Shown in pieces: positions 49,851 through 59,685 of a DNA stretch of 64,000 nucleotides (its first letter is position 1; each line of letters begins with the position of its first letter). The notes beneath the pieces are model-generated. The model saw only the letters and a list, made by a program, of their open reading frames with translations, was not told where the DNA came from and searched no databases. Where the stretch lies: positions 64,001 to 128,000 of the forward strand of contig JAHQWG010000016.1 of the NCBI GenBank assembly GCA_029856045.1, in the 5' to 3' direction. Source of the stretch: Promethearchaeia archaeon. Its GTDB lineage: Archaea; Asgardarchaeota; Lokiarchaeia; Sigyniarchaeales; SOKP01. The position numbers and the translations under genes were made by a program.

Positions 49851-52150
49851 TCTTTATATATTTCATTCCAATTATTTTTTAATCGAATTTTAAGATTATT
49901 ATGCCAATATTGAAAATCAAGGACATGATATAATTCCTCTTTAACCCGGTCTTTTTCATTCTCATCTAAAATATGCTTTAGAGTTATAGTCATAGGTCGT
50001 GCGATTAATTTCGAGAAATATTTTAATTCTATTCTTTCTAAAAATTCAAATAATGATTCTTGAGAATCATCTGGAAAAATTAATTTAATAGGTATTTGAG
50101 GTTCTAATTCAAATCTAATTTTTTTTAGATCCTCAATTATAATGTTTTCTATATATTTAGGAAAATTTTGTTTAATTTCTAATGAAGCTTGATAATGTTT
50201 AGAGAAATTTAAGAGAATACTTTTTTCTTCTTGATTAATAATGGTTTCAATGTATCTATTCAAAACTGCGCTAAAATTTTTTGGGTCTTGATCTTGTTTT
50301 TCAATTTTTTCCAAGAAATCAATAAATTCATTAACAATTTCATAAATTTGCCAATCTTTCTTTTCTATTATGTTCAAGTATTGTTTAACATATAATTTTA
50401 TCCAATTTAGACAATGCTCGCTCCATTTTAAATCAATCCCTCCCACTCTTTTTTGTAAGAATCTATGAAAGTAATTTCCAAATGTAACTGGATCTTGAAT
50501 TTCATCTATAGATATTCCTCTAAGGAATCGGTTTATTGTAGAATATCGTAAAATAAAATTTAGTAGATATTTTATTTCTTCAGAAAAAACTTTAAGTTTA
50601 TCTAAATGTATTCTAATTCGGCTTGGGTCTTCATCCATCATTATCTCTGAAAAAGAAATAAGATCGGATATATTGAAATCTAGATTTTCAAAAAATTCCA
50701 TTATACTGGAATTAATTATTTCTTTAATTTCTTCAATTGGTTGTGTCTCATCATATTTATTTATTCTTTCAATAATCAATCTTTTTTCTATTAAATTACT
50801 AATGAAATCATCCAATTTATCAATAAATTTATTTCCGAGGATATTTGAGAGTTTTGGCTTATTTTTCATCAAGATTCTTAGACTTTGTATATATTTCTTT
50901 AAATAGAATTTTAATCGATAGCCAAAAAGGTATTTTGGAAGCGCGATAATGAATATTTTTAAGGTTTTTTTAAATAACTCATTCAAATAGTTTAGTGTTG
51001 ATTCGAGCTCAGCAGCGTGAATATAATTATATTCTTTTAACAATTGTTTCAGAGTAAATTCAACTAAATAATTATATTCTTTGTAATTTTCTTCGGTTAT
51101 TTCTATTTTATGAGAAGCATATTTTAATAATTTTTCTATAATTTCCTCTAAATTGCCAGTTTCGCCCGTTTTAATGAATTTAAAAATGAAATCGAAATAT
51201 TTACTAAAAGATAAAGAACAATTCATTAATATTGCATTTATCTTATCAATTAACCATTGATCATTTTTAAGCTCTTTTATTGGTTGAATTTTTTGAGCAA
51301 TATGTTCAATTAAGTAAGTAACAATCTTTTCTTGAATCTCGTCAATTGTACCAGTATTTGCAATTTTTAATAAATTCGCCCCCAATTTCAACGTATTTAA
51401 CGTAATGAAATATGCGCTTGGTGATGAGATAAAATATTTAGTATGTTCATTAATAACAGTTTCTTTAAAATTTAAAGGCATTTTTACAAATATAGGGTTC
51501 TCAACTCGTATTTCAGGGGGGGATTCTCCATATAAAAATATATTATCACCCTTAATTGTGCTATATACATTCATTGATTCATCTTCAGTAGGTGTCGAAG
51601 ATTTTATTCCAACTAATTTTTTATTCCATTTACCCTCCAATAAATCTCCTTGTAGTTTAAATGTGAAATGAGTGGCAAATTTCGCTAGAACTGCTTCTTT
51701 ATGAAATTTATTTAAATCAGGACGTCTAGTAAATTCCTCAACTTCAAAAAATAATTTACTGATTTTATCGAGAGATTCTCGGGAATTATGAATTTCTAAA
51801 ACTTTTTTTTCAGGCTTTAATGCAAGTAGAAGAGTTTCACAATCCTTAAAAGAACCAGGAATAAAAATCATAGAATTTGGATATAATTTAGTTTTTGCAT
51901 CTTTCTCATCAATATTAAATAATTCAAATTCAATGAAATAAATTTCTGAGCCAGCATAATCTTTTAACATTGCATTATATTGAGCTTGAAATATCAATAG
52001 TTCACTAACTAAGTTTTTTATTTTTTCCTGTGTTAATTTTCCAGGTCCAATAACTTCTCCAACTTTTATATTTCGATCTGGAGAGGAATATCCAAAGATT
52101 ATGGTATAAATATTCTCAATATATTCGCGTGTAGTAATCAAATAAATCAA
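49835..52150 (-). CDS. Large hypothetical protein
   Basis: 771-aa ORF coupled to the downstream gene; no recognised motif. Confidence 0.7.
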   Translation of the reverse strand: MIYLITTREYIENIYTIIFGYSSPDRNIKVGEVIGPGKLTQEKIKNLVSELLIFQAQYNAMLKDYAGSEIYFIEFELFNIDEKDAKTKLYPNSMIFIPGSFKDCETLLLALKPEKKVLEIHNSRESLDKISKLFFEVEEFTRRPDLNKFHKEAVLAKFATHFTFKLQGDLLEGKWNKKLVGIKSSTPTEDESMNVYSTIKGDNIFLYGESPPEIRVENPIFVKMPLNFKETVINEHTKYFISSPSAYFITLNTLKLGANLLKIANTGTIDEIQEKIVTYLIEHIAQKIQPIKELKNDQWLIDKINAILMNCSLSFSKYFDFIFKFIKTGETGNLEEIIEKLLKYASHKIEITEENYKEYNYLVEFTLKQLLKEYNYIHAAELESTLNYLNELFKKTLKIFIIALPKYLFGYRLKFYLKKYIQSLRILMKNKPKLSNILGNKFIDKLDDFISNLIEKRLIIERINKYDETQPIEEIKEIINSSIMEFFENLDFNISDLISFSEIMMDEDPSRIRIHLDKLKVFSEEIKYLLNFILRYSTINRFLRGISIDEIQDPVTFGNYFHRFLQKRVGGIDLKWSEHCLNWIKLYVKQYLNIIEKKDWQIYEIVNEFIDFLEKIEKQDQDPKNFSAVLNRYIETIINQEEKSILLNFSKHYQASLEIKQNFPKYIENIIIEDLKKIRFELEPQIPIKLIFPDDSQESLFEFLERIELKYFSKLIARPMTITLKHILDENEKDRVKEELYHVLDFQYWHNNLKIRLKNNWNEIYKEWMIY

Positions 52151-52359
52151 AAAAAATTTTTTATTATCTATATTTATTTTAAAATCTTATATAAATAATT
52201 ATATCGTTATTTTTAATTTAATCCATCCTAAATTTATCTGAAATCATATTTACATTTTTTATTTAAAAATAATCTTAAAAGAAAAAAAATAAATAACCAT
52301 TTCCTTATTAGAATTATATTAGTCATAAAAAAAGTTTAAATTTGTGGACGTGAGAATAA

Positions 52360-52764
52360 ACGCAATTCGGTTCTGACCTAGGATTAGATCAGCGGGTTAT
52401 TGATGAAATTGCCCCTCAAATAACTTTTATCACATCAAATTGTGAAATAGAGGCACTAGCACTTGTAAGCCAAGAAGGATATGTCATAGCTTTCAGTTGT
52501 CTCCCACAATATAAAATGGATGGAGATAGATTTGGAGGTCTAAGTTCGGCAATTCTAATGACAGCGAGGAGCGCAATGAACTCACTTTTTGGAGAAAATA
52601 TTAATGAAATAATTGTAAGAGGAGATACAGGTTATTTTATTGTATCAAATGCCGGTCGTTTCGTTTTAGTTGGAGCAGGAACTATTATTCAAACAATGAT
52701 GAAAACAGTGAAGGTATTTAGAATCGCCGCAAATAAAATCAGAGAAATTCTAAGCAGAGTCTAA
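52360..52764 (+). CDS. Roadblock/LC7 domain protein (apparent ACG start)
   Basis: IEALALVSQEGYVIA lies upstream of track ATG 52516, followed by helix and EIIVRGDTGYFIV. The frame is closed by TAA at 52357-59. Confidence 0.85.
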   Translation, partial: TQFGSDLGLDQRVIDEIAPQITFITSNCEIEALALVSQEGYVIAFSCLPQYKMDGDRFGGLSSAILMTARSAMNSLFGENINEIIVRGDTGYFIVSNAGRFVLVGAGTIIQTMMKTVKVFRIAANKIREILSRV

Positions 52765-52857
52765 TATTCTAATTTTGTTTTAAAAAAAAAGATTTATATA
52801 TTTTAAAATATATCACATTTTAATATTGGGAAATTTTAAAAAAATTGGTTAAAAAGC

Positions 52858-52935
52858 TTGAAAATTAAGGAATTTAATTGTAATTTTTTTAATTGTTCAT
52901 GGCGTTGGCAGTGGGCTTGGCGTTGGTGTCGATAA
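52858..52935 (+). promoter_or_regulatory. Trp-rich leader ORF upstream of trpB2 (candidate attenuator peptide)
   Basis: TTG...TAA encodes MKIKEFNCNFFNCSWRWQWAWRWCR*, with 5 TGG codons in alternate positions, about 180 nt upstream of trpB2. Confidence 0.7.
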
Positions 52936-53062
52936 GCCTATTGGCATTGGTCTTTCCTTAATATAATCTTGCAACTTTATTAACTTTTACTTAAATAGTT
53001 TATAATAACTATTTCGCGTCCTAAAACTGCATCATTCTTATTAAGATCTAATAAGAGATGAA

Positions 53063-53079
53063 TCACATCTTAGATGTGA
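53063..53079. promoter_or_regulatory. Perfect inverted repeat, operator-like
   Basis: TCACATCT-T-AGATGTGA, about 40 nt before trpB2. Confidence 0.5.
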
Positions 53080-53115
53080 ATAAATTGTAATATTAAAAAT
53101 AATATTGAAGGAAAA

Positions 53116-54519
53116 TTGAATATGGATTTATTTAATAGCAGAATAATATTGCCAACTAGTGAAATACCAAAAGAATGGATAAATATACTTCCAGATTTAC
53201 CAACTCCAATAACACCACTAGTCAATCCTGCCGATGGTAAACCAGCACCTCCCGAATTAGCAATGAGGATTTTCGCAAAGGAATGTGTTTTACAAGAGGT
53301 ATCACAAGAAAACTCAATTCCAATCCCAAATGATTTAAGAGCAATGTATGCATCTATAGGAAGACCTACACCACTTCATAGAGCATACAGATTGGAAAAA
53401 GAACTTGGAATAGAAGGAGATAATATAAAGATTTTTTATAAAAATGAATCAGTAAGCCCAACTGGTAGCCACAAATTGAATACTGCACTTGCACAAGCAT
53501 ATTTTTGCAAGAAACAAGGTATTACTGAGATGGTGACAGAAACAGGTGCAGGTCAATGGGGTAGTGCTTTAGCTTTAGCATGTAATTTATTTGGGATAAA
53601 ATGTACAGTGTATATGGTTCGAATAAGTTTTTTACAAAAACCAGGAAGAAAAATTTTAATGAGTATTTTTAATGCCAAAGTACATGCTAGTCCATCAGAA
53701 TTCACAGAATCTGGAAGGAGATATTGGGAAAAAGATAATAATCATAATGGAAGTTTAGGACTTGCAATATCTGAAGCGATAGAACATTGTTTAAGGGATG
53801 AATCTATTAGATATTCTTTAGGAAGCGTTGTAAATCACGTGCTTTTACATCAAACAGTAATCGGTCAGGAGGCAAAATCCCAGCTTTCTAAAATAGGAGA
53901 ATATCCTGACATTGTGATTGGTTGTGCTGGAGGTGGATCAAATTTTGCTGGAACCGCCATTCCTTTTATAAGAGAAAAGATAAGGGGTATACACCCCGAA
54001 ACGGAAATGATCGCTGTTGAGCCTAGAGCATGTCCAAGTATGTGTAAAGGAAAGTATATGTGGGATTATGGAGATACGGCAAAGATGGCACCTATTGTGA
54101 AGATGTATACTTTAGGGCATAACTTTATTCCCTCTCCAATTCATGCGGGAGGATTAAGATATCATGGAATGGCACCAATCCTCTCTATTTTATTGAAGAA
54201 TAACGTCATAAAAACAGTTATGCACCATCAAACAGATGTTATTAAAGCGGGAATTTTATTTGCAAAAACAGAAAATATATTACCTGCACCAGAAACATGT
54301 CATGCGATAAAAGAAGCAATAGATCAGGCATTAAAAGCTAAGGAAAATAAAGAGAAAAAAACAATTCTATTTAATTTTAGTGGTCATGGATTTTTTGATT
54401 TGTTAGCTTATAAAGAATATATGGATGGAGCCCTAAAAGATTATGAGATGCCAACGGAAGAAATTGAAAAGGCGTTATCTGCAGAGGATATGCCGAATAT
54501 AGATGAAGCCTTATTTTAA
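53116..54519 (+). CDS. trpB2: Tryptophan synthase beta chain, TrpB2 type
   Basis: IPKEWINI, GRPTPL, SPTGSHKLN (PLP Lys), TETGAGQWG, GGGSN, HAGGLRYHG, PAPE, SGHG. Confidence 0.95.
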   Translation: MNMDLFNSRIILPTSEIPKEWINILPDLPTPITPLVNPADGKPAPPELAMRIFAKECVLQEVSQENSIPIPNDLRAMYASIGRPTPLHRAYRLEKELGIEGDNIKIFYKNESVSPTGSHKLNTALAQAYFCKKQGITEMVTETGAGQWGSALALACNLFGIKCTVYMVRISFLQKPGRKILMSIFNAKVHASPSEFTESGRRYWEKDNNHNGSLGLAISEAIEHCLRDESIRYSLGSVVNHVLLHQTVIGQEAKSQLSKIGEYPDIVIGCAGGGSNFAGTAIPFIREKIRGIHPETEMIAVEPRACPSMCKGKYMWDYGDTAKMAPIVKMYTLGHNFIPSPIHAGGLRYHGMAPILSILLKNNVIKTVMHHQTDVIKAGILFAKTENILPAPETCHAIKEAIDQALKAKENKEKKTILFNFSGHGFFDLLAYKEYMDGALKDYEMPTEEIEKALSAEDMPNIDEALF

Positions 54520-54602
54520 ATTTAATAAATTTTTTTTTTTTTTATTTTTTTAGTTAAGTTAAAATTTTTTTTAATATTTAACTTAATAATAAAAATTAGT
54601 AA

Positions 54603-55697
54603 TTGTGCATTTTTTTGATAGTTACGTACCTAATATATTTATTTTTACTATTTTTGACATGTGGTACGTTATTTAAACTTTCATTTATTTCATATAAATA
54701 TGATGAAATGATTGCTTTTATTAATAATATTATTACTAGTTCAACATTACTATTCGCAATTATTTCAAGTATTTTGAGATCTATTATTAACCCAAATATT
54801 AATCCAATTTTAATATATCCATTTGATTTCTTTACTATAATATTTATGTTCCCCTTTTTTCTTGCGTTCCATTTATTAATATATAGAGAAAGAAAAAGAA
54901 TGAAAAAAGATACGAATAATTTAACTGAATTACGTGTTGATGCTGAAGGATTGAGAGTATTACCTCTTAAATATGAGATATACAGGAAATTAACTCATTT
55001 AATAGTTATTTGCATTTGCTTTTTCTATTTCATATTTGGAGTATTTACAAAATTTCTTTTAGATAATTTTATTTCCATTCTTCCCGATTTTATTAAGAAT
55101 TTTTTTTCTGGGGCAAATTTAATAATTTTAAATAATGTAGATTTTACTCAATATTTAGTTGTTTTTTTAACCAGTATTTCATTAATGGGACTTTTAACAG
55201 CAGATTATGTGAGAATAATTGCTCCCGAAGATTATCCTTTGAAATCAATTAATCGACTTTTACGACAAAGAGAATTAAAAACTAGAATAGGACCTCATAT
55301 TACAATGGCAGTAGGGACTATTTCAATAGTCCTAATTTTTGGACCTCTATCAAACATTGGTCCGTTAATAGTTAGTCTTTCAATACTTATGTCCTCCGTT
55401 GGTGATAGTTCAGCAAATTTAATAGGAATCACAATAGGATGTCATAAAATAAGAGAGGGAAAAAAGAGTTATGAAGGATTAATTGGTGGGATTTTATTTT
55501 CTTTTTTATCCGGAATTTTCTTTTTAATTTTTCAATTCTTCCCGAACTTTATAAGCCCTCAGAAAATACTTCTTATCTCATTAACAGTTGCTTTAATAAT
55601 TGGGATAATAGATTATCTTGATTTGCCAATTGATGATAATCTTAGTTTCCTAATAACATCTTCAATTATTATATATTTATTATTGCAAAGTTTTTAA
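54603..55697 (+). CDS. Polyprenol/diacylglycerol kinase family (dolichol/phytol kinase-like) membrane protein
   Basis: RKLTHL, GDSSANLIG, KKSYEG, IDDNL. Confidence 0.8.
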   Translation: MCIFLIVTYLIYLFLLFLTCGTLFKLSFISYKYDEMIAFINNIITSSTLLFAIISSILRSIINPNINPILIYPFDFFTIIFMFPFFLAFHLLIYRERKRMKKDTNNLTELRVDAEGLRVLPLKYEIYRKLTHLIVICICFFYFIFGVFTKFLLDNFISILPDFIKNFFSGANLIILNNVDFTQYLVVFLTSISLMGLLTADYVRIIAPEDYPLKSINRLLRQRELKTRIGPHITMAVGTISIVLIFGPLSNIGPLIVSLSILMSSVGDSSANLIGITIGCHKIREGKKSYEGLIGGILFSFLSGIFFLIFQFFPNFISPQKILLISLTVALIIGIIDYLDLPIDDNLSFLITSSIIIYLLLQSF

Positions 55698-55764
55698 TTA
55701 TGGATAATTTCTTAAAAGATAAATAAAGAACAATTATTGGTTTTATTATTAAAGTGAGATAGAT

Positions 55765-56271
55765 ATGGAAGAATTAGACAAATTAAAAATACCAAAAATT
55801 AAAAAAGGGACAGTAATTGATCATATAGACCCAGGATATGCATTATCTATTATGGATATTATTGGGTTAGGAGAGACACAGAATCTAATGACAATTGGTG
55901 TTAATATTGAATCAAAAAAATACGGAAAAAAGGACCTTATTAAAGTTGAAAATATATTTTTAACAGAAACTCAAATACAACAAATTTCAATAATCACACC
56001 AAATGTGTCAATATCGTTAATAGAAGATTTCAATGTAATAGAAAAAGTAAGATTAAAGTTACCAAAAATAATTAAAAAATTAATCAAGTGCCCAAATGGT
56101 ACTTGCATTTCTAATTCTGAAAAAGAACCAATTGACTCTGAATTTAATGTATTAAATGAAAAACCTTTAAAAATTCAATGTATTTATTGTGATCGAATTT
56201 TAAATTTAGATGAATTAGTTTTTATTGAAAAAAAGCGAGAAAAGAGAATAAAACAGAGAATATTATTATAA
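55765..56271 (+). CDS. pyrI: Aspartate carbamoyltransferase regulatory chain
   Basis: IKKGTVIDHI, KKDLIKVE, CPNGTCISN, CIYC. Confidence 0.95.
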   Translation: MEELDKLKIPKIKKGTVIDHIDPGYALSIMDIIGLGETQNLMTIGVNIESKKYGKKDLIKVENIFLTETQIQQISIITPNVSISLIEDFNVIEKVRLKLPKIIKKLIKCPNGTCISNSEKEPIDSEFNVLNEKPLKIQCIYCDRILNLDELVFIEKKREKRIKQRILL

Positions 56272-56592
56272 AAATAAAAATTTTAAAATTGTATGTATCA
56301 AAGTCCCAGCTACCATGAAAGTAAAGAAAAAAATTCCAATACCAGTTTTTAACATTATTTTCCAATTCCATTCTTCATTATCATAAGGAGAAATCAAAAA
56401 ACCAATTATAAAAGGAAAGCCGAGCCAAAAAGAGAGCATCCAAATAAACATCGGCCAACCAATTAAACCAAGAAATAATCTTCCAACTAATGCACTAACG
56501 ACACCTGTTATTGCTTTAGTCCAATAAAGCTTATTTTCTTTCTTCAATCGTATTTCTAAGAGATCAGTTTCTTCCTCTTTTTTATTGGACAT
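56266..56592 (-). CDS. EMC6/Rab5ip-like three-TM membrane protein
   Basis: LYWTKAITGVVSALVG...GIGIFFFTFMVAGTLIHT; size and three-helix layout fit the EMC6 family. Confidence 0.55.
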   Translation of the reverse strand: MSNKKEEETDLLEIRLKKENKLYWTKAITGVVSALVGRLFLGLIGWPMFIWMLSFWLGFPFIIGFLISPYDNEEWNWKIMLKTGIGIFFFTFMVAGTLIHTILKFLFL

Positions 56593-56631
56593 AAAATCTA
56601 ATAATTATAATTATTTTAAATAATTATTGTT

Positions 56632-58677
56632 ATGAAAACGCAACTCTCCAATATTGATGTTTTTGCTGTAGCTAAGGAATTAAATGATAAGTTATCTGAT
56701 GGATTTATTGATAATATATACGAGGTAAAAGATTTATTAATAATAAAAATTAGAACTAGAGAAGCAAATAGAAATCTAGTTATTGAACGAGATTCAAGAG
56801 TAAATCTTACCAATTATAATTATCCTGTACTAAAATTTCCAAGTCAATATTGTAGTTCTTTAAGAAAATTTTTAAAAAATCGTCGAATTTTAAGCGTCTA
56901 TCAGCATAATTTAGATAGAATATTGATAATTGAGTTGAGTAATCAGAACACAGCTTCATGGAAATTTATTATTGAACTTTTTGCCAAAGGTAACTATATT
57001 CTCATAAATGAAGAAAATTTAGTTATGGTAGCAAAGAAATATAAAAAATTTAAAGATCGAGATATATTAGCTAAAAGAGAATATAAATTTCCTCCATCAA
57101 GAGGTTTAGATTTATTTTCATTAGATAAAGATACCTTATCTAAAATTATTTATACTTCTAATGATGAGTTAGTGAGAATAATCGCAAGAAACATTAATAT
57201 AGCAGGATTATATAGTGAAGAAATTTGTAAAACGTCCCAATTAGATAAGAATGTTAAATCAAATACATTAAGCGAAGAAAATTTTAGCGAATTATTCAAT
57301 AAATTAAAGAAATTTGCTCTAAAATTAAAAAATGAAAAATTTAAGCCTCAATTTATTTTAGATGATAAGAATGAAGCGATTGATGTAGTACCATTTGATC
57401 TATCCATATATGATGGGTATCAGAAACAATATTTTGAATCTTTTAATGAAGGTCTTGATAATTATTTTTCAAAGTTAGATTCTGCGAAAATTATAACTCA
57501 ACCAATTGAAAAATATGATCGAGAGATGCAGAAATTAGAAAAAAGATTACAAACACAAAAGGAATATATAAAAGAGCAAGAAAATAAAAAAGAAAAAAAT
57601 TACATTATTGGAGAGAGTATATATAAACATTTCAAAGAATTAGAAAAACTATTAAAAACCATATTGGAAGCAAAAAAGAAAGGATATCATTGGAATGAGA
57701 TTGATGATAAATTAAATTCTGGAAAAGAACAAGGAATTAAAGAGACAATTCCATTTAGAAAAATCATAGCTTCTAAAAAGCAAATTGTTATTCAATTAGA
57801 TGGGAATGAATTTATCATAGATTTAAATAAAAGTATAGGAGTAAATGCAAATTTATTTTTTTCCATAGGTAAAAAAGCACAAAAAAAAATTGAAGGAACT
57901 TATTCTGCCATTGAGGAAACAAAAAAAAAGATAAAAAAACTTATAATTGAGAAAGAAAGTGAACAAGTTATTGTTGATCATTTGGTAAGAAAACCAAAGA
58001 AAAAATGGTATGAAAAATATAGATGGTTCATTTCCAGTGATGATTTTTTAGTAATTGGAGGAAGGGATATCAGTTCGAATGAAGCAATCTATAGAAAATA
58101 TATTGAGCCTAATGATTTGGTTTTACATTCAGAAATTAGAGGATCTCCATTAACAGTTATAAAAAATCCAGAAAATAAGGAGATACCTCTTAATACTATT
58201 AATGAAGCTAGTATTTTTGTTGGTTGCTATTCTCGAGCATGGAAAGAAGGTTATAAAATAACTGACATTTTTTATGTTTTACCTAAACAAGTAAGTAAAA
58301 CGCCCCCTTCGGGAGAATTTTTACAAAAAGGTTCATTTATAATCTCAGGAAAAAAGAATTTTATTCAAAAAGTAAAATTAATATTGGGAATTGGAATTAT
58401 AATTGAAAAAATTAAGGATGATTTGAATCCTGAATTAATACATTTTTACCCGAAGGTAATTTCAGGACCAGAATCATCTATTAAAAAACAAACGCAGATT
58501 TATGAGCTATTAATTCCTCAAAAAGAGGGAAAATCTTCAGGGAGTATCGCAAAAAAATTAAAAATTCTTTTTTTGAAGAAAGTTGATAATGATTTGAAAA
58601 AGTGGGTGAATATTTTGTCCCTAGATGATATAATATTACTGATCCCAGCCGGAAACTCGGAAATATTAGCTAATTAA
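56632..58677 (+). CDS. rqcH: Ribosome quality-control protein RqcH/Rqc2 (NFACT family)
   Basis: LRKFL, LDRI, IELFAKGNYIL, WYEKYRWFISSD..LVIGGRD, QVSKTPPSGEFL.KGSF. Confidence 0.92.
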   Translation: MKTQLSNIDVFAVAKELNDKLSDGFIDNIYEVKDLLIIKIRTREANRNLVIERDSRVNLTNYNYPVLKFPSQYCSSLRKFLKNRRILSVYQHNLDRILIIELSNQNTASWKFIIELFAKGNYILINEENLVMVAKKYKKFKDRDILAKREYKFPPSRGLDLFSLDKDTLSKIIYTSNDELVRIIARNINIAGLYSEEICKTSQLDKNVKSNTLSEENFSELFNKLKKFALKLKNEKFKPQFILDDKNEAIDVVPFDLSIYDGYQKQYFESFNEGLDNYFSKLDSAKIITQPIEKYDREMQKLEKRLQTQKEYIKEQENKKEKNYIIGESIYKHFKELEKLLKTILEAKKKGYHWNEIDDKLNSGKEQGIKETIPFRKIIASKKQIVIQLDGNEFIIDLNKSIGVNANLFFSIGKKAQKKIEGTYSAIEETKKKIKKLIIEKESEQVIVDHLVRKPKKKWYEKYRWFISSDDFLVIGGRDISSNEAIYRKYIEPNDLVLHSEIRGSPLTVIKNPENKEIPLNTINEASIFVGCYSRAWKEGYKITDIFYVLPKQVSKTPPSGEFLQKGSFIISGKKNFIQKVKLILGIGIIIEKIKDDLNPELIHFYPKVISGPESSIKKQTQIYELLIPQKEGKSSGSIAKKLKILFLKKVDNDLKKWVNILSLDDIILLIPAGNSEILAN

Positions 58678-59425
58678 TCAATCTTTCTTTTATTAATTCA
58701 TTTCTGATAATTTTTAAATTAGTTAATGAATCAAATAGAATTCCATCGATATCTAATTTTAATAATTCTCTGATCTTTAAAATGGAATTCTTGAGATTAA
58801 TGAAATCCCAAGCTAAGGCGATAATATTATTAGAATGACAAATTTTAATAAAATTTTGTGAAACCAATGTAGAGCGGAGGGAAATCATATCAAATTTCAT
58901 GGATTTAATCTTTTCAGAATTATTTTTTAGGAATTTTTTTAACGTATATTCCTTTGCTTTCGTTATATTATAGCAAATTCTACAATTTGGTAAAATAGAT
59001 TTGACTTTTTCTAATTTCCAAAGGTCTCTTGAGCTAATCACACAATTTGAAATAAGATTATATTTTTCAATTATTCTTACGGCAGGTTCTACTACATTAT
59101 CTCCTTTTAATTCTACTAAAAATTTAGTTTTATTTTTAAATGCTGAAATTAATTCAGTAAATAATGGCATTTTCTGACCATCTTTTTTTGATCTAAACTT
59201 ACAAATTTCTCCGTAAGTCATTTTGGAAATTATACCATTTCCATTATAAGTTCTTTGTAAAGTATTATCATGATTAATGACTAATTTTTGATCTTTTGTT
59301 ATATGGATATCAAATTCAATAAAATCTACACCGTTCTCTATAGCTTTAGAAAATGAAATTATAGTATTTTCATCATAATCTAATCTAGTTCCACGATGGG
59401 CAATTAATAAAGGGTTTTTTGTCAT
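58670..59425 (-). CDS. Glycerophosphodiester phosphodiesterase
   Basis: AHRG, ENT, EFDIH.TKD, HD, VELK, DGILFD. Confidence 0.9.
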   Translation of the reverse strand: MTKNPLLIAHRGTRLDYDENTIISFSKAIENGVDFIEFDIHITKDQKLVINHDNTLQRTYNGNGIISKMTYGEICKFRSKKDGQKMPLFTELISAFKNKTKFLVELKGDNVVEPAVRIIEKYNLISNCVISSRDLWKLEKVKSILPNCRICYNITKAKEYTLKKFLKNNSEKIKSMKFDMISLRSTLVSQNFIKICHSNNIIALAWDFINLKNSILKIRELLKLDIDGILFDSLTNLKIIRNELIKERLIN

Positions 59426-59512
59426 ATGATTTAAAATAAGCTTTTTTCATTCCAATTTTATAATACTGAAATAATATACGTAATTATATTTTTGAATTCT
59501 TATTTAAATTTC

Positions 59513-59659
59513 ATGAAATTAATTACAATTCATCTACCTGAAAAATATATAGATAAATTGGAAGAATTAGTAACGCGAGATCTATATCCAAATAGAAGTG
59601 AAGCAATCCGCATGGCCGTAAGAGACCTTTTAAAAGAAGAACTAGGCAGGTTAACTTAA
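59513..59659 (+). CDS. Ribbon-helix-helix protein, CopG/CdrS-like (missing from ORF track)
   Basis: MKLITIHLPEKYIDKLEELVTRDLYPNRSEAIRMAVRDLLKEELGRLT*. Confidence 0.85.
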   Translation: MKLITIHLPEKYIDKLEELVTRDLYPNRSEAIRMAVRDLLKEELGRLT

Positions 59660-59685
59660 TTTATAAAGTTATTCTCTCTTTTTTA

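Noticed and set aside
52897-52974. Antisense Pro-rich ORF (MQDYIKERPMPIGLSTPTPSPLPTP*) and sense hydrophobic ORF (MALAVGLALVSISLLALVFP*)
   Set aside because: Both are alternative readings of the same TGG repeats; position before trpB2 favours the Trp frame, though they are not formally excluded.
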